A program made the position numbers and the translations under genes. Below, in pieces: positions 12,879 to 25,325 of a stretch of DNA of 64,000 nt. Within the stretch, counting starts at the first letter, position 1; every line of letters begins with the position of its first letter. The notes below the pieces were generated by a model. It did not search any database, was not told the DNA's origin, and worked only from the letters and a program-made list of their open reading frames with translations. This stretch comes from Octopus bimaculoides (taxonomy: Eukaryota): NCBI RefSeq assembly GCF_001194135.2, contig NC_068994.1, positions 8,173,018 to 8,237,017 on the forward strand. The letters run 5' to 3'.

Positions 12879-13175
12879 CGTATATTTTCTGAACATCTTT
12901 CCGATCATCCCATCCCAATTCGAATTCACTATCAACGTTGCTATCTTGATTGTAAATTGCATACATAACCGAGTAATCCTTTTCGGTGTGGTTTAGGCCG
13001 AGCACATGACCAATTTCATGCACGGCCACTCGCAAGAGGTAGATTCCCTCAACAGATGGGGAGTAAATCGCCTTGAAGTTTTCATCGTCATCAAAGTGCA
13101 TATTACCCGTGTGCCAAGAATGCGCAATGTCCCCTCCGCTTCCGTCGAAATCAATGTCGCAGTTTTGGTGTGCCC
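12879..13175 (-). CDS. MMP21: MMP21-like exon: C-terminal part of the catalytic domain
   Basis: Acceptor ttttttcatctctgcag|GG at 13175; donor TACG|gtacgt at 12879. Reads (x)AHQNCDIDFDGSGGDIAHSWHTGNMHFDDDENFKAIYSPSVEGIYLLRVAVHEIGHVLGLNHTEKDYSVMYAIY...ELGWDDRKDVQKIYG. Contains the metzincin HExxHxxGxxH motif and Met-turn. Closely resembles vertebrate MMP21 (VAVHEIGHVLGL..., FEL.W.DRK..QK.YG) as recalled from memory. Confidence 0.95.
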
Positions 13176-15484
13176 CTGCAGAGATGAAAAAACAGAGATC
13201 TATTTAGTATTATAGGCATTGCCATTCATTGTAATTGGCAGCAGTATAATACACGCAAACACCGTCTCTTTTCTTCAAACACACAAGCAAGATTTTGACA
13301 TATAACTTACAGAATATCTCAAACGTATAATCACACTGAGTCTCTCACACAAAGCCACACCTCCGCTAACACAAACACACACACTTTCTTTCTTTCTCCA
13401 CCTCTCTTTAAGTCCCTTTCTCACACAACGCAACCCGTCTCACATACACAATACTATAATAGCACGTATCAATAGTTACATACAACAACAGAATTATCTA
13501 ATTATTTAGAGTAACCGATATTAGTAATGGATCGTGACTCCAGTATATCACTAATCCCATTAGACATGTGATATCTATGATCAGACATGACAAGAGACAT
13601 ATCTGTAACCACTTACAGATGTTGGTGATAGTGTTTGGCTACAAAAGACGGCAATGGTGATATTGTTCAGCCACATCTGCTAGTTGATATTGATGTTCGT
13701 ACATATTTGTTTAACGAATGCTGCAGACATTTCAAAATATAAAATATACTGGTGCACTGCAGTAATGATATTTTAGCCTTATATATATATGTGTGTGTGT
13801 GTGTATTCACTCACCCACGCACACACGTATGAACTGAAAAGTGTTAGCAACTTTTAAACCGATTACACCAAAGCATAGTGAATCCATGTAATTATTTTAA
13901 GTCTAAATAAACCCGACAAGAATGAGAAGAGCAGCTAGTGAGTGAGTGAGTGTGTGTGAAGACATTAGGCTCAGAATCGTTATGTCGTGAGTTGGAGTTT
14001 TAGGCCGGACAACAATTGCATCCTTCGGCAGAGCACGTCATTTCCCATAGATTCCGTCCTCTCGGACGAATATAACCGCCAGTGATAGCTGGGCTGTTAA
14101 TTCTGTAACGGACTGACGCTCCGTTTAAGTGAAGTTCTTATAGTCTCATTCGAGACTGCACCTAACAGCGTGCCGCAGGATTTCCAACATGCTGTATAAG
14201 ACACATAACAGATATATGTGTCAGGATTAGTACTTCGGCCTTCATGGCTGAACTAGGGCTACACAAAAACAGCTATCGATATTGGCTTCTTCGTTTGACA
14301 TAAACCATTTTTATTAAGGGAAAGAGAAACGGTTAATTAATCTACGCAAACAATACCAATTCTGAGATTATAGCACAGATCCGAAAAAATAAAAACAGAC
14401 GGTTGCCAGCACTCCATCAGCCATAAGGCAGCACGCTTTGTACAAGGAGCTGCAAACATGCAGAAACATTGTACTGGGTTATTTACAGTGGCGCTAAATT
14501 ATCCTGCAAACTAGCCTCTTTGCTATGCTGCGTTTGAGATAAAGGACGTGATAAATAGCTAATTGTGAAAACGGAGCTATCACTGTAGAGGTTTATCGAT
14601 ACTGTTGATATCATTAGTTAGAAAAACCCACACATGTCTGGAGATATCAGTAGTCGATATTATCAGAAGGGAATATTATAAATGTCCAAATAATTTTCTA
14701 TTAATAGTGAAATAATATTACTGTATATTGCAATATTCGACGAGTAGCAAGAACATAAAATCTACAAAAGTTTACATAATAAATTATAGTCTGAAATGGT
14801 TTAAATTTTGCATTGGTGTATCATATATAACTTATATATCATTTACATTTCTTGTTAAATATTACAATCGACTTTTTATTTAAATAATTGGACGATACAA
14901 TGTTAGAAAAAAAAAATGGTTTGCAGTTTTTATTTGTTTTTTGGCTTAATTCAAACTAGCTGGTTGCTCACCGGCCCTTCTATGTCAGGCAAACGTATGT
15001 TCGTATATGCTTATTTACTAAATAATAGTGAGATGGGATGGGGCTGTTTTGGTCACCACGAAACCCGAAGAACGGACCCTATAGTGTTAAAGGCTTTATT
15101 AACAAACTTAGATAATGCACCACATCAAATCTCCGAATGTTGCGCCCTCCTGTACACTTATCACTCGGGAGATCAAAGACCAATGCATTCTTGTTAAAGG
15201 ACTTGTAAAATCGAAACTTGATATATAAGGTAAAAGTGTAAACATTGTTTCCCATGTTTCGCCTCCGTTATTTTCAATATCGACAAGGCAATATTGGACA
15301 ATATAATGTTTAAGTGGTTAAATAAGAGGGAATATACTGCATATTACTGTAGTAATGTTAATCAGGATTTCATACATTGACCTGAGATCGAAGATTGTAA
15401 TGGACGGAGAATAAGTTTGATATAGAAGGGCCGGTGAGCAACCCGGCTGTCGAACGGGGCAGCGGCACACACACAAACACTATA

Positions 15485-15638
15485 TATATTATAAGGTTTT
15501 TAAACTTTTAAATTTTCATATTCAAAAGTTTGGCACAGAAATGTTAACATAGAGTGGTGAATAAATCGATATATCGAATTTGAAGTCTCTGTCTCTTTTG
15601 AATATGAAAATTTAAAAGTTTAAAAACCTTATAATATA
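15485..15638. mobile_element. 5'-truncated copy of the 31253 hammerhead-bearing repeat, preceded by an inverted copy of its own 3' end
   Basis: 15528-15606 matches 31308-31386 with one C/T difference. 15485-15528 is the exact reverse complement of 15595-15638 (44 bp). Confidence 0.8.
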
Positions 15639-15764
15639 AACTGTGAGAACGACCCTTAAAGAATCTAGTTAATGATCTCCTAAGGTAAGTTCTTATGCTA
15701 TATTGGTAAGGGTTGCTACATCCTCTGGGAAAATTATATATATATATACATATACACGACAGGC

Positions 15765-15922
15765 TCTCACACATTTTCTGTCTGCGAAGTTCGATCCTCA
15801 GGTACCGGCGAACCTAGAACTGTACTAAAAGACACTTGCCCAAGATACCGCGCTGTGGAACTGAACCTGAAACCGCATGGTTACAAAACATTATTCTTAA
15901 CCGCACAGCCATGCTCGCGCCT
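15765..15922 (-). mobile_element. SINE family A, diverged head fragment
   Basis: AAGACACTTGCCCAAG..GGAACTGAACC..GCACAGCCATG similarity to the other copies. Confidence 0.65.
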
Positions 15923-16381
15923 GTCTACAATATAAATAGCTCAATTTTGCAGTTTCGAAAATGAAAATGAATGTTTAAATTGTCCGCTCAATTACAGGAT
16001 TAAGTGACTGTAAAATTGGCTTGTATGTCAGGTGGAAATCCCTGACAGATATAACAGACAGGGTTTCAAAACTGGATGTTCGATGGACAATCATCTGTGC
16101 CACTCACAAAGTGAAGGTAGCCCAGAGGAGAAGAAAAAAAGATATTTTCCTGTGGTGGTTTCGAACTCGAGACGCTGATAATTTCGAAGCGACTTCTTAA
16201 CGATTTCAGTGGCGTTTGCGCTTTTAAACAATCAAATAAATAAATGAAATGCTTGATACGATTCTAAGGTATTTATATTATTGGTGTCAGGGTTAGTCTC
16301 GGTCGTCATCAGCTTAGTTAAATAGTGTATACAGACATACATGCATGTTTACACACACACACCTTATTTAAACTGAACAAT

Positions 16382-16430
16382 TATATCGCGACTCAAGTTT
16401 CACGCCGCTGCGATCATCAGGAGTGATATA
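16382..16430 (-). ncRNA. Degenerate type I hammerhead motif
   Basis: Minus strand reads UAUAUCACUC-CUGAUGA-U-CGC-AGCG-GCG-U-GAAA-CUUGAG-UC-GCGAUAUA. Core order is complete and helix III ACUUGAGU is self-complementary with G.U pairs. Stem II has a basal U.U mismatch and stem I is out of register by 2 nt. Confidence 0.55.
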
Positions 16431-16462
16431 TATATATACACAAATACACATATGTATACATT

Positions 16463-16504
<42 letters not shown>

Positions 16505-17636
16505 NNNNNNNNNNNNNNNNNNNNNNNNNNNNNNNNNNNNNNNNNNNNNNNNNNNNNNNNNNNNNNNNNNNNNNNNNNNNNNNNNNNNNNNNNNNNNNNN
16601 NNNNATATATATATATATATATATACACATGAACATATATATATAAATATGTATATAGACATACATATACACTTACATATATATAAAATAATGCAATCTA
16701 AGCTAATGAAGTGAATAATGGACCTCCACGTATACACCACGTACATACATACATACATACGCGCAAACGTGTATGCATAAGCTCATACATACATAAGTAC
16801 GTCACTATCAGCCATATGACGATATGATAGCGTAGTAAAATTATACATGTAGTTTGTATGTTTGTATTTATGTTTAGAAGGATTGTTGCCTTGTAATTAT
16901 AAGGAATACGTTGACCAGTTTCGAACAGCTGTTTATAATAAGTCGACAACTCTTATTTTTTTTAACTTTTTCGTCTATTTGATTTTGCTTTCTTTGTTTT
17001 CCTCTCTTTATTGAAATCATTCTTTCGTTCGTCGTCGTCGTCTTTGTTTCCCAACTATTACAAAAGTCTTGTGACTAAGATCAGCGAACAGCAATTGTTG
17101 TCATTTTCATCAATCTTTGTTCCTTTTGTAGCTTTCAATCTGAGAGAATGACGGAATGATACGAGAACTGTCATACGTAAATAATAATAATAATATCCTG
17201 GACAGATTTTTTTTAATGCAACCCAAGCTACAATGTGTGTGTGTTTGTAGTTTTTGCACCAAACTCAGAAGATAATATTGCAGCTTATTATTCGTTTACA
17301 TTCTTGTGGCCTGTGCTCAGGAAGCGTGCGACTTTTGGATGCGTCAGCAATTGGACATTTTATGAATACAATTGATACGCAGCTAGACGAAACTTAAGTT
17401 GCCGTCTTGCTTTCTGAGTGCTGTACAAACCACATTTAACTGTTCTATATCTTCTTTGAATCGAGTTCTCTGAAGGCAAATGATCTCCACGATAGCATGG
17501 ATGCACGCGTATATACTGAAATGCAAACTGAATTATGAGCCCTGCAGTCCGTTTTTAGGATGGCAGATAGTGATTCAAAAAAGCTTTGACTGTTATTTAT
17601 AGCAGACCGAGAGGTCGTATAGAGCAGTGGCTCTCA

Positions 17637-17870
17637 GGCGGTGAGCTGGCAGAAACGTTAACATGCCGGGCGAAATGCTTAGTGGTATTTCATCTGTCGT
17701 TACGTTCTGAGTTCAAATTCCGCTAAGGTTGACTTTGCCTTTCATCCTTTCGAGGTCGATAAATTAAGTACCAGTTACGCACTGGGGTCGATGTAATCGA
17801 CTTAATCCCTTTGCCTGTCCTTGTTTGTCTCCTCTATGTCTAGCCACTTGTGGGTAATAAAGAAATAAGT
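17637..17870 (+). mobile_element. tRNA-type SINE family B, full length
   Basis: GGCGGTGAGCTGGCAGAAACGTTA..GAGTTCAAATTCCG (B-box-like)..TTTGCCTTTCATCCTTTCG..AAGTACCAGTT..TAAAGAAATAAG. Confidence 0.88.
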
Positions 17871-18508
17871 GACTCTCAACCATTTTTTTGCTAATGGACC
17901 CCTTTGATTACTATTCTGTCCTGGTGGACCCTCACAGCTATTCGATGTTTAAAAATTAGTTTTATAGAAACTTCTTTCAAATCCCTATTTTGTTTCGCAT
18001 ACATCATTCACATATGTAGGTTGAACTATGTAAAACGTCAAAGAAACCTAGCTGTTTCTTACAATACTTTCAAAACTTTTCGTGGATCTTTAAAATACTA
18101 CAGTGGACCCCCAATTTACTATTTAACTTGCATGCACTTTCCCCACCGAAAATAAACAAATCAACTTATATGTACTCCCGCCCCAGTGACATACGAAGCC
18201 CGGTTGAGAACCACTGATGTAGCGGCTCATTTTTTCACACGACACGTTTATATATATAAATCTTTGCCTACAGCTTCTATTACATGAGTAAAGTATCTAC
18301 CAGTTCTGGAACGAAAGTCAGCAAACTAAAATACCTAATTTTATAGACACTTTAGATTAAAGAAGAAGAAGCGGAGACGCAAGACCTTGTATTTAACAAT
18401 AAAAATCTTCCCTCTCTTCGCTCTTCATAAGGCATGACAGATAATTATTATATGTTAAAAGAATGCTTAGAAATTCGAAATTGAGTTTACATACATACAT
18501 ACACCCTC

Positions 18509-18540
<32 letters not shown>

Positions 18541-18946
18541 CTATGTATCCTTTTCATATATTCGCATACAAACACACACACATATATTTAATTCCATACG
18601 CAGACAGGCGCATACATGAATCATAATCTGCAACAAGAACTAATGAAACTGGCTGGTTTCTGAACAGCCATGTCATATATATGGAAATATACAAATAAAA
18701 TTCGATACTTTGTTATAGAAAATGTCGTCTCTCATTGCCATCAAGATAGAAATTCTACGTAAATGCCATTGAATATTCAAGCGAGTTATTACTGCCATGT
18801 TTAGTATTAGAACATTCACGCTACAAACTAGTTTTGGGAGAGAATATATCCTTTCCTTTTGACTTAAGACACAGCGTTTCTTTCAAAATAACGAAGGAAC
18901 ATTTTTCTGATTGTGTGGGACAGAATACATATACACACTCTCTCTC

Positions 18947-19010
<64 letters not shown>

Positions 19011-20017
19011 TTATATTTGTGCCTCGTACGTATGTATGCAAGACTCGCCAACCTATATTACATTTAACTAACAAACACAGTTAGTTGACACAATGCAACA
19101 TACAATACCTCTGGAATTTGGCAAATTATAAGCAAGAATTTGACACCAAAACGAAATCGCTCACATAACGAGATTGAAACACATATCTTACATTTTGGAG
19201 ACAATTAAGAAAAAAAGAACAATTACAAAGAAACAATAAACAACACAAAAGGAAAAATAAATAAACGAAATTGTGTTTTAAAAAGACTAATAGTGAACAC
19301 ATGCTGCTATATAAAATAGGTTTCTTTTTTCTTTTAAGAATTGTTTCATCGCTTTCAAACGATCTTATTTTATATTGGTTGGGCTTGGGGATAAATTTCC
19401 CCTATAATTTACAAGTCTTAAAAAATAAAATATTCCTTTTCTAACATAAAAACCCCAAAATAAAAGTCATAAAAGAGTTGTTTTTCTCTTCCCTTAATTA
19501 TACTGGTTTTAATTAGTGTCCAGTTTCTATTTAAATCTGCGTGGCTTTACTATTTCGATACTTCCTACGTATCATTAATTTCCTCATAAGCTCGTATTAC
19601 TTAAGGCAGACGTCGACATAGTTATCGTTATTATTATTATCATCATCGTCGTGGTAGTCGTTGTTTGGCAGGGTGGGGACAGTGCGCCGTTCCAACACGT
19701 AACATTTCACACCTGCCCGTAAAGTCATATTTGGATTGGAAGGAACAGAAAAAACTGGAAACTCCAGCTTCTTCACTACAGTAATAAAAACGACACAACA
19801 CATCATTAAATTCTAATTAAGCAAATGTCCAATGCATTAGACTGTATATTAATCAAGCAATTTAGGTGATACAACAGTATAAAAACGGCGCTGATCCCAA
19901 ACTACAGTTCACTACACTCTATCTTACACAGCACTACATACACAAGCACACGTGTATATGTTTATATATATGCGTATATATGTCTATATATATTGTGTGT
20001 GTCTATGTCATAACTTC

Positions 20018-20204
20018 GGGGGAGGGCGTTGGTCGATTACATTGACCCCCCCCCCACTGCTTGGCTGGTATTTATTTTATGGGCCCCGAAAGGATGAAAG
20101 GTAAAACCGACCTCGACAGAATTTGAACTCAGAACGTAAAGACGTACGAAATGCCGCTGGGAACTTTTGCCCGGTGTGCTAACGGTTCTGGCAGCTTGCC
20201 GCCG
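20018..20204 (-). mobile_element. SINE family B
   Basis: Same conserved blocks as other copies; ends at a gap. Confidence 0.8.
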
Positions 20205-20321
20205 NNNNNNNNNNNNNNNNNNNNNNNNNNNNNNNNNNNNNNNNNNNNNNNNNNNNNNNNNNNNNNNNNNNNNNNNNNNNNNNNNNNNNNNNNNNNNNNN
20301 NNNNNNNNNNNNNNNNNNNNN

Positions 20322-20355
<34 letters not shown>

Positions 20356-21509
20356 CAATATTCCGGGATACACTATTTCGAAGCATAGATCAACACAACA
20401 AAAACATTCTGCTGATTTCAAATTTGCCTCTCATCGATAAAATAAAGTACCAGTCAAATACGGGTTTCCAATGGTATCGATTTATCGTATTATTTTACTT
20501 TGCCTTCCATACTTTCGGGGGGCTCTGTGAAGAGATATTTGATGAAATGTGTAAAAAAAATCTGAAATTTTAAACTTATTTTTCGTAAAATGTGTCATTT
20601 GTTTATCACCATTTCTCGTAGCAAAAAGAGAGGGCTTTTTCAAAGACGTGGGGGTAAAACCACTTTACGCAGTCAACAGTATCAGAATTTCGAGCAGATA
20701 TATCTGTTTCCCGCAATCAAAGAGTTAATAACGGTTTCAGGATTACAGTTTAATCTGGTTTCATGTTTTCGTTCTTCAGAATGTAATGAGTAACTTTTAA
20801 AAGAATATTGCACATATACCAAAATTTTTGCTTAAAAAAAGGTACGAGAATAGCGTGGGCGGAAGGGTGACTAAAAGTAGGAGAGAAATATAATAGAGAC
20901 GAAAATTGAGAAGGGGTGGAGTTATCAAAGGTGTAGTTATCAACCTAATGTTCACAAACAGTCAAGTGCATCCGAATGCTTGTCCACGTGACCGTAAATG
21001 TACTTTTAAAGGAATTATTTACTACGCTACCGCAAAAACGAATGTTTCTAAATCAGGCATTAGTTTAACTACCAGTTTATTTAAATTACTTTACGAGCAA
21101 TATACATACATATTTTGCAATCCACTTAGAAGCGCAAATAAAAGTTTGAGCAGATAGCTATTGTCACATATATACAGCTACAACCACCAACTTTCTGGAC
21201 ACTGAACGTCCAGACTCTCTTAACATTCGCACAGATTTATTAGTAGGGACTTCAAATTCCCGCAACAACCAGGCATAGTAAATGGTACTTTGCACAGATT
21301 AGCAAACTTGTACAGTATAAGTAAACTTATTTATACTAATATACGAATACCTGTATTTCATTTAACTCTTTAAGTAAATTTAATATTACTTTAATTTAGA
21401 ATGTTGACCAACGCTGGTTCCGAAAAATCAATAATTTAGAATGTCTTCGGGACTAAACATTCGGAAAATCGATGTTGTACTTGTATCTTCCAAATAACAA
21501 TGTCGGATT

Positions 21510-21546
<37 letters not shown>

Positions 21547-21659
21547 CGTAACTTGACCATAAACTGTTTCATGCAATGTTCATATAAAAAAGCTGATTTT
21601 CGTTATATTTATTTTTTTATTTTTATCGAAATCATATTTTATGACTATTTGCGTGGTAT

Positions 21660-21746
21660 TATGAGCAAGTGTCATCTACCACAACCCCGGGACAATCCGT
21701 GCCAGGTGAGTGAATTTTCATAGATGGAAACTGTGTGGAAGTCTGT

Positions 21747-21793
<47 letters not shown>

Positions 21794-21975
21794 CTTTGTG
21801 CCTTAGTTTGTCGTCCTACACCGCTCGACAACCGATATTGGTTTGTTTATGTCTCTGTGACATACCGATAAAATATGCATCAGACTTTTAAAAGAATGAG
21901 TACCGGGGTCGATTTGTTCCACTAAGTCCTTTTAAAGCGGTGTCCCAGCATGGCCACAGACGAATGAATGAAACA
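21660..21975 (+). mobile_element. SINE family A, diverged
   Basis: GAGCAAGTGTC..GATGGAAACTG..(TA)n..CTCGACAACCGAT..GGGGTCGATTTG..CAGCATGGCC..GAAACAAGTAAAAG. Confidence 0.65.
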
Positions 21976-22924
21976 AGTAAAAGCTAAACGATACATGTAT
22001 ATATAAATTTGCTTTGTCAGTTCTGTTTATTTGGCAAATTTATTGATTAATAAAAGCTCACAATTAACTGCTCCATCCTAACTATTCACATTTATAGAGA
22101 AATAAACCCCATTACAAACATACACACTTATGTTCAGCCATTGCTATAAAACAAACAAGTAAAACCATACCTACTTTATTGCAACCGTTAATAATATATA
22201 ATTTATTTTCAAGTACTTTGGGGATTTACGAAGATTAGTTAATAGTAATTTGGACCTGTGTGAATTATGAAAGTTTTAAACATCATATCAGCGAATTCAG
22301 AACTTGATCTCTTAAAAGAAAGCTACAACAAAGTTGTAAGTCACAAGCCATTTGAGTAATATGTACCAGGCTATCTTTCAAAGTGTTACGTCGAAATTTA
22401 AAGCTGCAATTTTTTTGTTTAGTTTATTATTAAAGGAGGTACTAAAAGAGCTAATATTTATTTTAAAATATCTCCGGAGATTTGAAAAGCGCCTTTTAAA
22501 TGCGTTATAGAACATTTTCATTGATGTTGTTTGCAGAATCATAGTGACCTATAATTTGGCTGTAAGTTTTAATGTCGCCGCCAGGGCTGTGTCGAGTCCT
22601 CCCTTGAGCACTTAACTACACTTGTCTGTAATGAAAATGGTACAAGATATATATTTTACTCTTCTTTGAATCACATTAAAAAAACATTGAAAATGTATGT
22701 GGCGCCTGGGCCACACTTTATTTTCATAAGTTTCCTAAGATTCAACCGAGGAAGTAATCTGTGTCAGTAATTTAACAGAAGGATGTAGGCTAATTACGAA
22801 ATAATTGTTGGAGTATAGGACATTGTCATAATTTTACAGCTTCGGCATAACATTGCAATGCTATGTTGTTATATATGTCGCTTACGACGTCGAGGGTTCC
22901 AGTTGATCCGATCAACGGAACAGT

Positions 22925-23205
22925 CTGAAAGGAAGAAAGGCAAAGTCGACCTCGGTGGAATTTGAACTCAGAACGTAAAGACGAACGAAATGCCAACTAG
23001 CTGCCTTAACAATGATAATAATAATCCTTTCTACTGTAGACACAAAGCCTGAAATTTGGTGGAGGGGGGCCCAGTCGAGTACATCGACCCCGGTACTTAT
23101 TTCATCGACCCTGAAAGGATGAAAGACAAAATCGACCGCGTGGGAATTTGAACTCAGAATGTAAAGACAACTAAGTGCCACTAAGCATTTTGCCTTTTCC
23201 GCCTT
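22925..23205 (-). mobile_element. Two tandem partial family B SINEs
   Basis: AAAGTCGACCTCGGTGGAATTTGAACTCAGAAC-type block occurs twice. Confidence 0.8.
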
Positions 23206-23703
23206 AAATACTAGATAATATTAATACAAAAACTATTACCTGCTGTCTGAACTAAAATATGAAAATTGAAAATTTATATTTCAGATATCTTTTATCTTAT
23301 TGTAGTTTCAGCAGCCAATGAAACAACAAACTGCACTATTTTGTAAACCTTTTAGAATATCGTAAAATGTCCGTGTAGTTTATTTGGGGTGAAAAAAAAA
23401 TGACTAGGAGTAACTACGAATATGATAACCTTGGGTGTTATAATAAATGCCTATTTAATAACGACAGGTTTTGATAGAAATATTTCATTTCAAAAAGCCA
23501 ACGAAATATATCTGTGTTATTTTACAGAATGAAATTTGCAATTTTAATCTTATTAATTATGATAACCTCTCGTAAGAACGAGCAAAGACATCAGCAATTA
23601 TCAGACAAAGTGATCCCTTTTTTTGCTTTCAGCAGGAGGTATACATGTCATTGATAACCAAACCATGTTGTATTATCACATTTGAAGATCTTTTGCTATG
23701 AAT

Positions 23704-23927
23704 TACGAGGGGTTACTGAAAAGTTCCTGGTTTTGGGTGAAAGAAATTACAGGAGGATCAGTTAATTATGACTTTATTCAGCATATTCTTTTCTGAGGTT
23801 CACACACTTATTGCAGTGATCCTTTAGTTTTTCTAAGCCCTTTAAAAGAACTCGGAAGGGTTGGGCCTCCGAGCAGACCTTTCGCAATACCGTTAAAGCC
23901 AGGAACTTTTCAGCACCCCCTCTCGTA
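23704..23927. mobile_element. Mariner-type non-autonomous element (MITE)
   Basis: TA-CGAGGGG..GAAAAGTTCCTGG at the left end and CCAGGAACTTTTC..CCCC..CTCG-TA at the right; TA target duplication; no ORF. Confidence 0.85.
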
Positions 23928-25293
23928 TGGAGTGAACTCTAAACACAATTCGCCAGTGTAGTAATGTTCTTATTATACGTTGGAGAGAAACAGGTGTCTT
24001 AGTGATCGGTAAAAGTAAGCTATAACTGTATTCCCCACTTCTCTGTCTTCTCCCTTGCACCGCTTCTCTACTTCATTTTCCTATATCCCTTCTATTCACC
24101 AATCCCTTCCAGCTTTGTACATCAATTCGCTATGTCAGCTTACGAAAAATCAAACGGCTTCTGGTAATTAATGTTAATTCTTAAATAATAGCCATCCATT
24201 ATTAATTAAGGTCATTAATCAAAACAAAAGTCACAAACCGAATCGTCCATTTACCACAACGCTTGAATTTCCTGTTTATCCCCGCGACTGGTTGCTCAAT
24301 TCTAAAATATTCATTATTAGTTGAGGAATTCTATTTTCTGTCTCAACCAACTCACATATATTCAGATATAAACTACATTTAGTCTCTCAGCTTTTTCATC
24401 TTAATACGGGAGTTGAAAATGTCAAACCGCAACAGAAAACTAGGATCATATTGCTTTTATATAGAGTTCCTGAATCATTGACATTTTAAACAGAAGCCAT
24501 TAGGACAGTCAATTCTAACTCAACCCACGTTGGCTCTTCATGGTTTCAATAAAACTCAACCTACTAACCAGTGGAGAGAGTATTATTTTCGCCCGATTCA
24601 AAATATTACGAACGAGTATTTTTATTTTCTTCTCGTATGCGTATATATGTCTATATATATTGTGTGTGTCTATGTCATAACTTCGNNNNNNNNNNNNNNN
24701 NNNNNNNNNNNNNNNNNNNNNNNNNNNNNNNNNNNNNNNNNNNNNNNNNNNNNNNNNNNNNNNNNNNNNNNNNNNNNNNNNNNNNNNNNNNNNNNNNNNN
24801 NNNNNNNNNNNNNNNNNNNNNNNNNNNNNNNNNNNNNNNNNNNNNNNNNNNNNNNNNNNNNNNNNNNNNNNNNNNNNNNNNNNNNNNNNNNNNNNNNNNN
24901 NNNNNNNNNNNNNNNNNNNNNNNNNNNNNNNNNNNNNNNNNNNNNNNNNNNNNNNNNNNNNNNNNNNNNNNNNNNNNNNNNNNNNNNNNNNNNNNNNNNN
25001 NNNNNNNNNNNNNNNNNNNNNNNNNNNNNNNNNNNNNNNNNNNNNNNNNNNNNNNNNNNNNNNNNNNNNNNNNNNNNNNNNNNNNNNNNNNNNNNNNNNN
25101 NNNNNNNNNNNNNNNNNNNNNNNNNNNNNNNNNNNNNNNNNNNNNNNNNNNNNNNNNNNNNNNNNNNNNNNNNNNNNNNNNNNNNNNNNNNNNNNNNNNN
25201 NNNNNNNNNNNNNNNNNNNNNNNNNNNNNNNNNNNNNNNNNNNNNNNNNNNNNNNNNNNNNNNNNNNNNNNNNNNNNNNNNNNNNNNNNNNNN

Positions 25294-25325
<32 letters not shown>

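Noticed and set aside
10486-13101. ORF-track boundaries 10486-10881, 12142-12426 and 12736-13101 as whole CDSs
   Set aside because: Homology stops at canonical splice sites; the flanking translations are intronic.
13617-13720. Minus-strand AG...GTAAGT segment as the next upstream MMP21 exon
   Set aside because: Stop codons in all three frames, weak pyrimidine tract and no MMP motifs.
17370-17405. GAAACTTAAGTT palindrome resembling helix III
   Set aside because: No CUGANGA box or stem I upstream.
20590-20793. ORF with YLFPAIKE resembling a mariner transposase C-terminus
   Set aside because: Similarity limited to a few residues; no TIR or DD34D context found.
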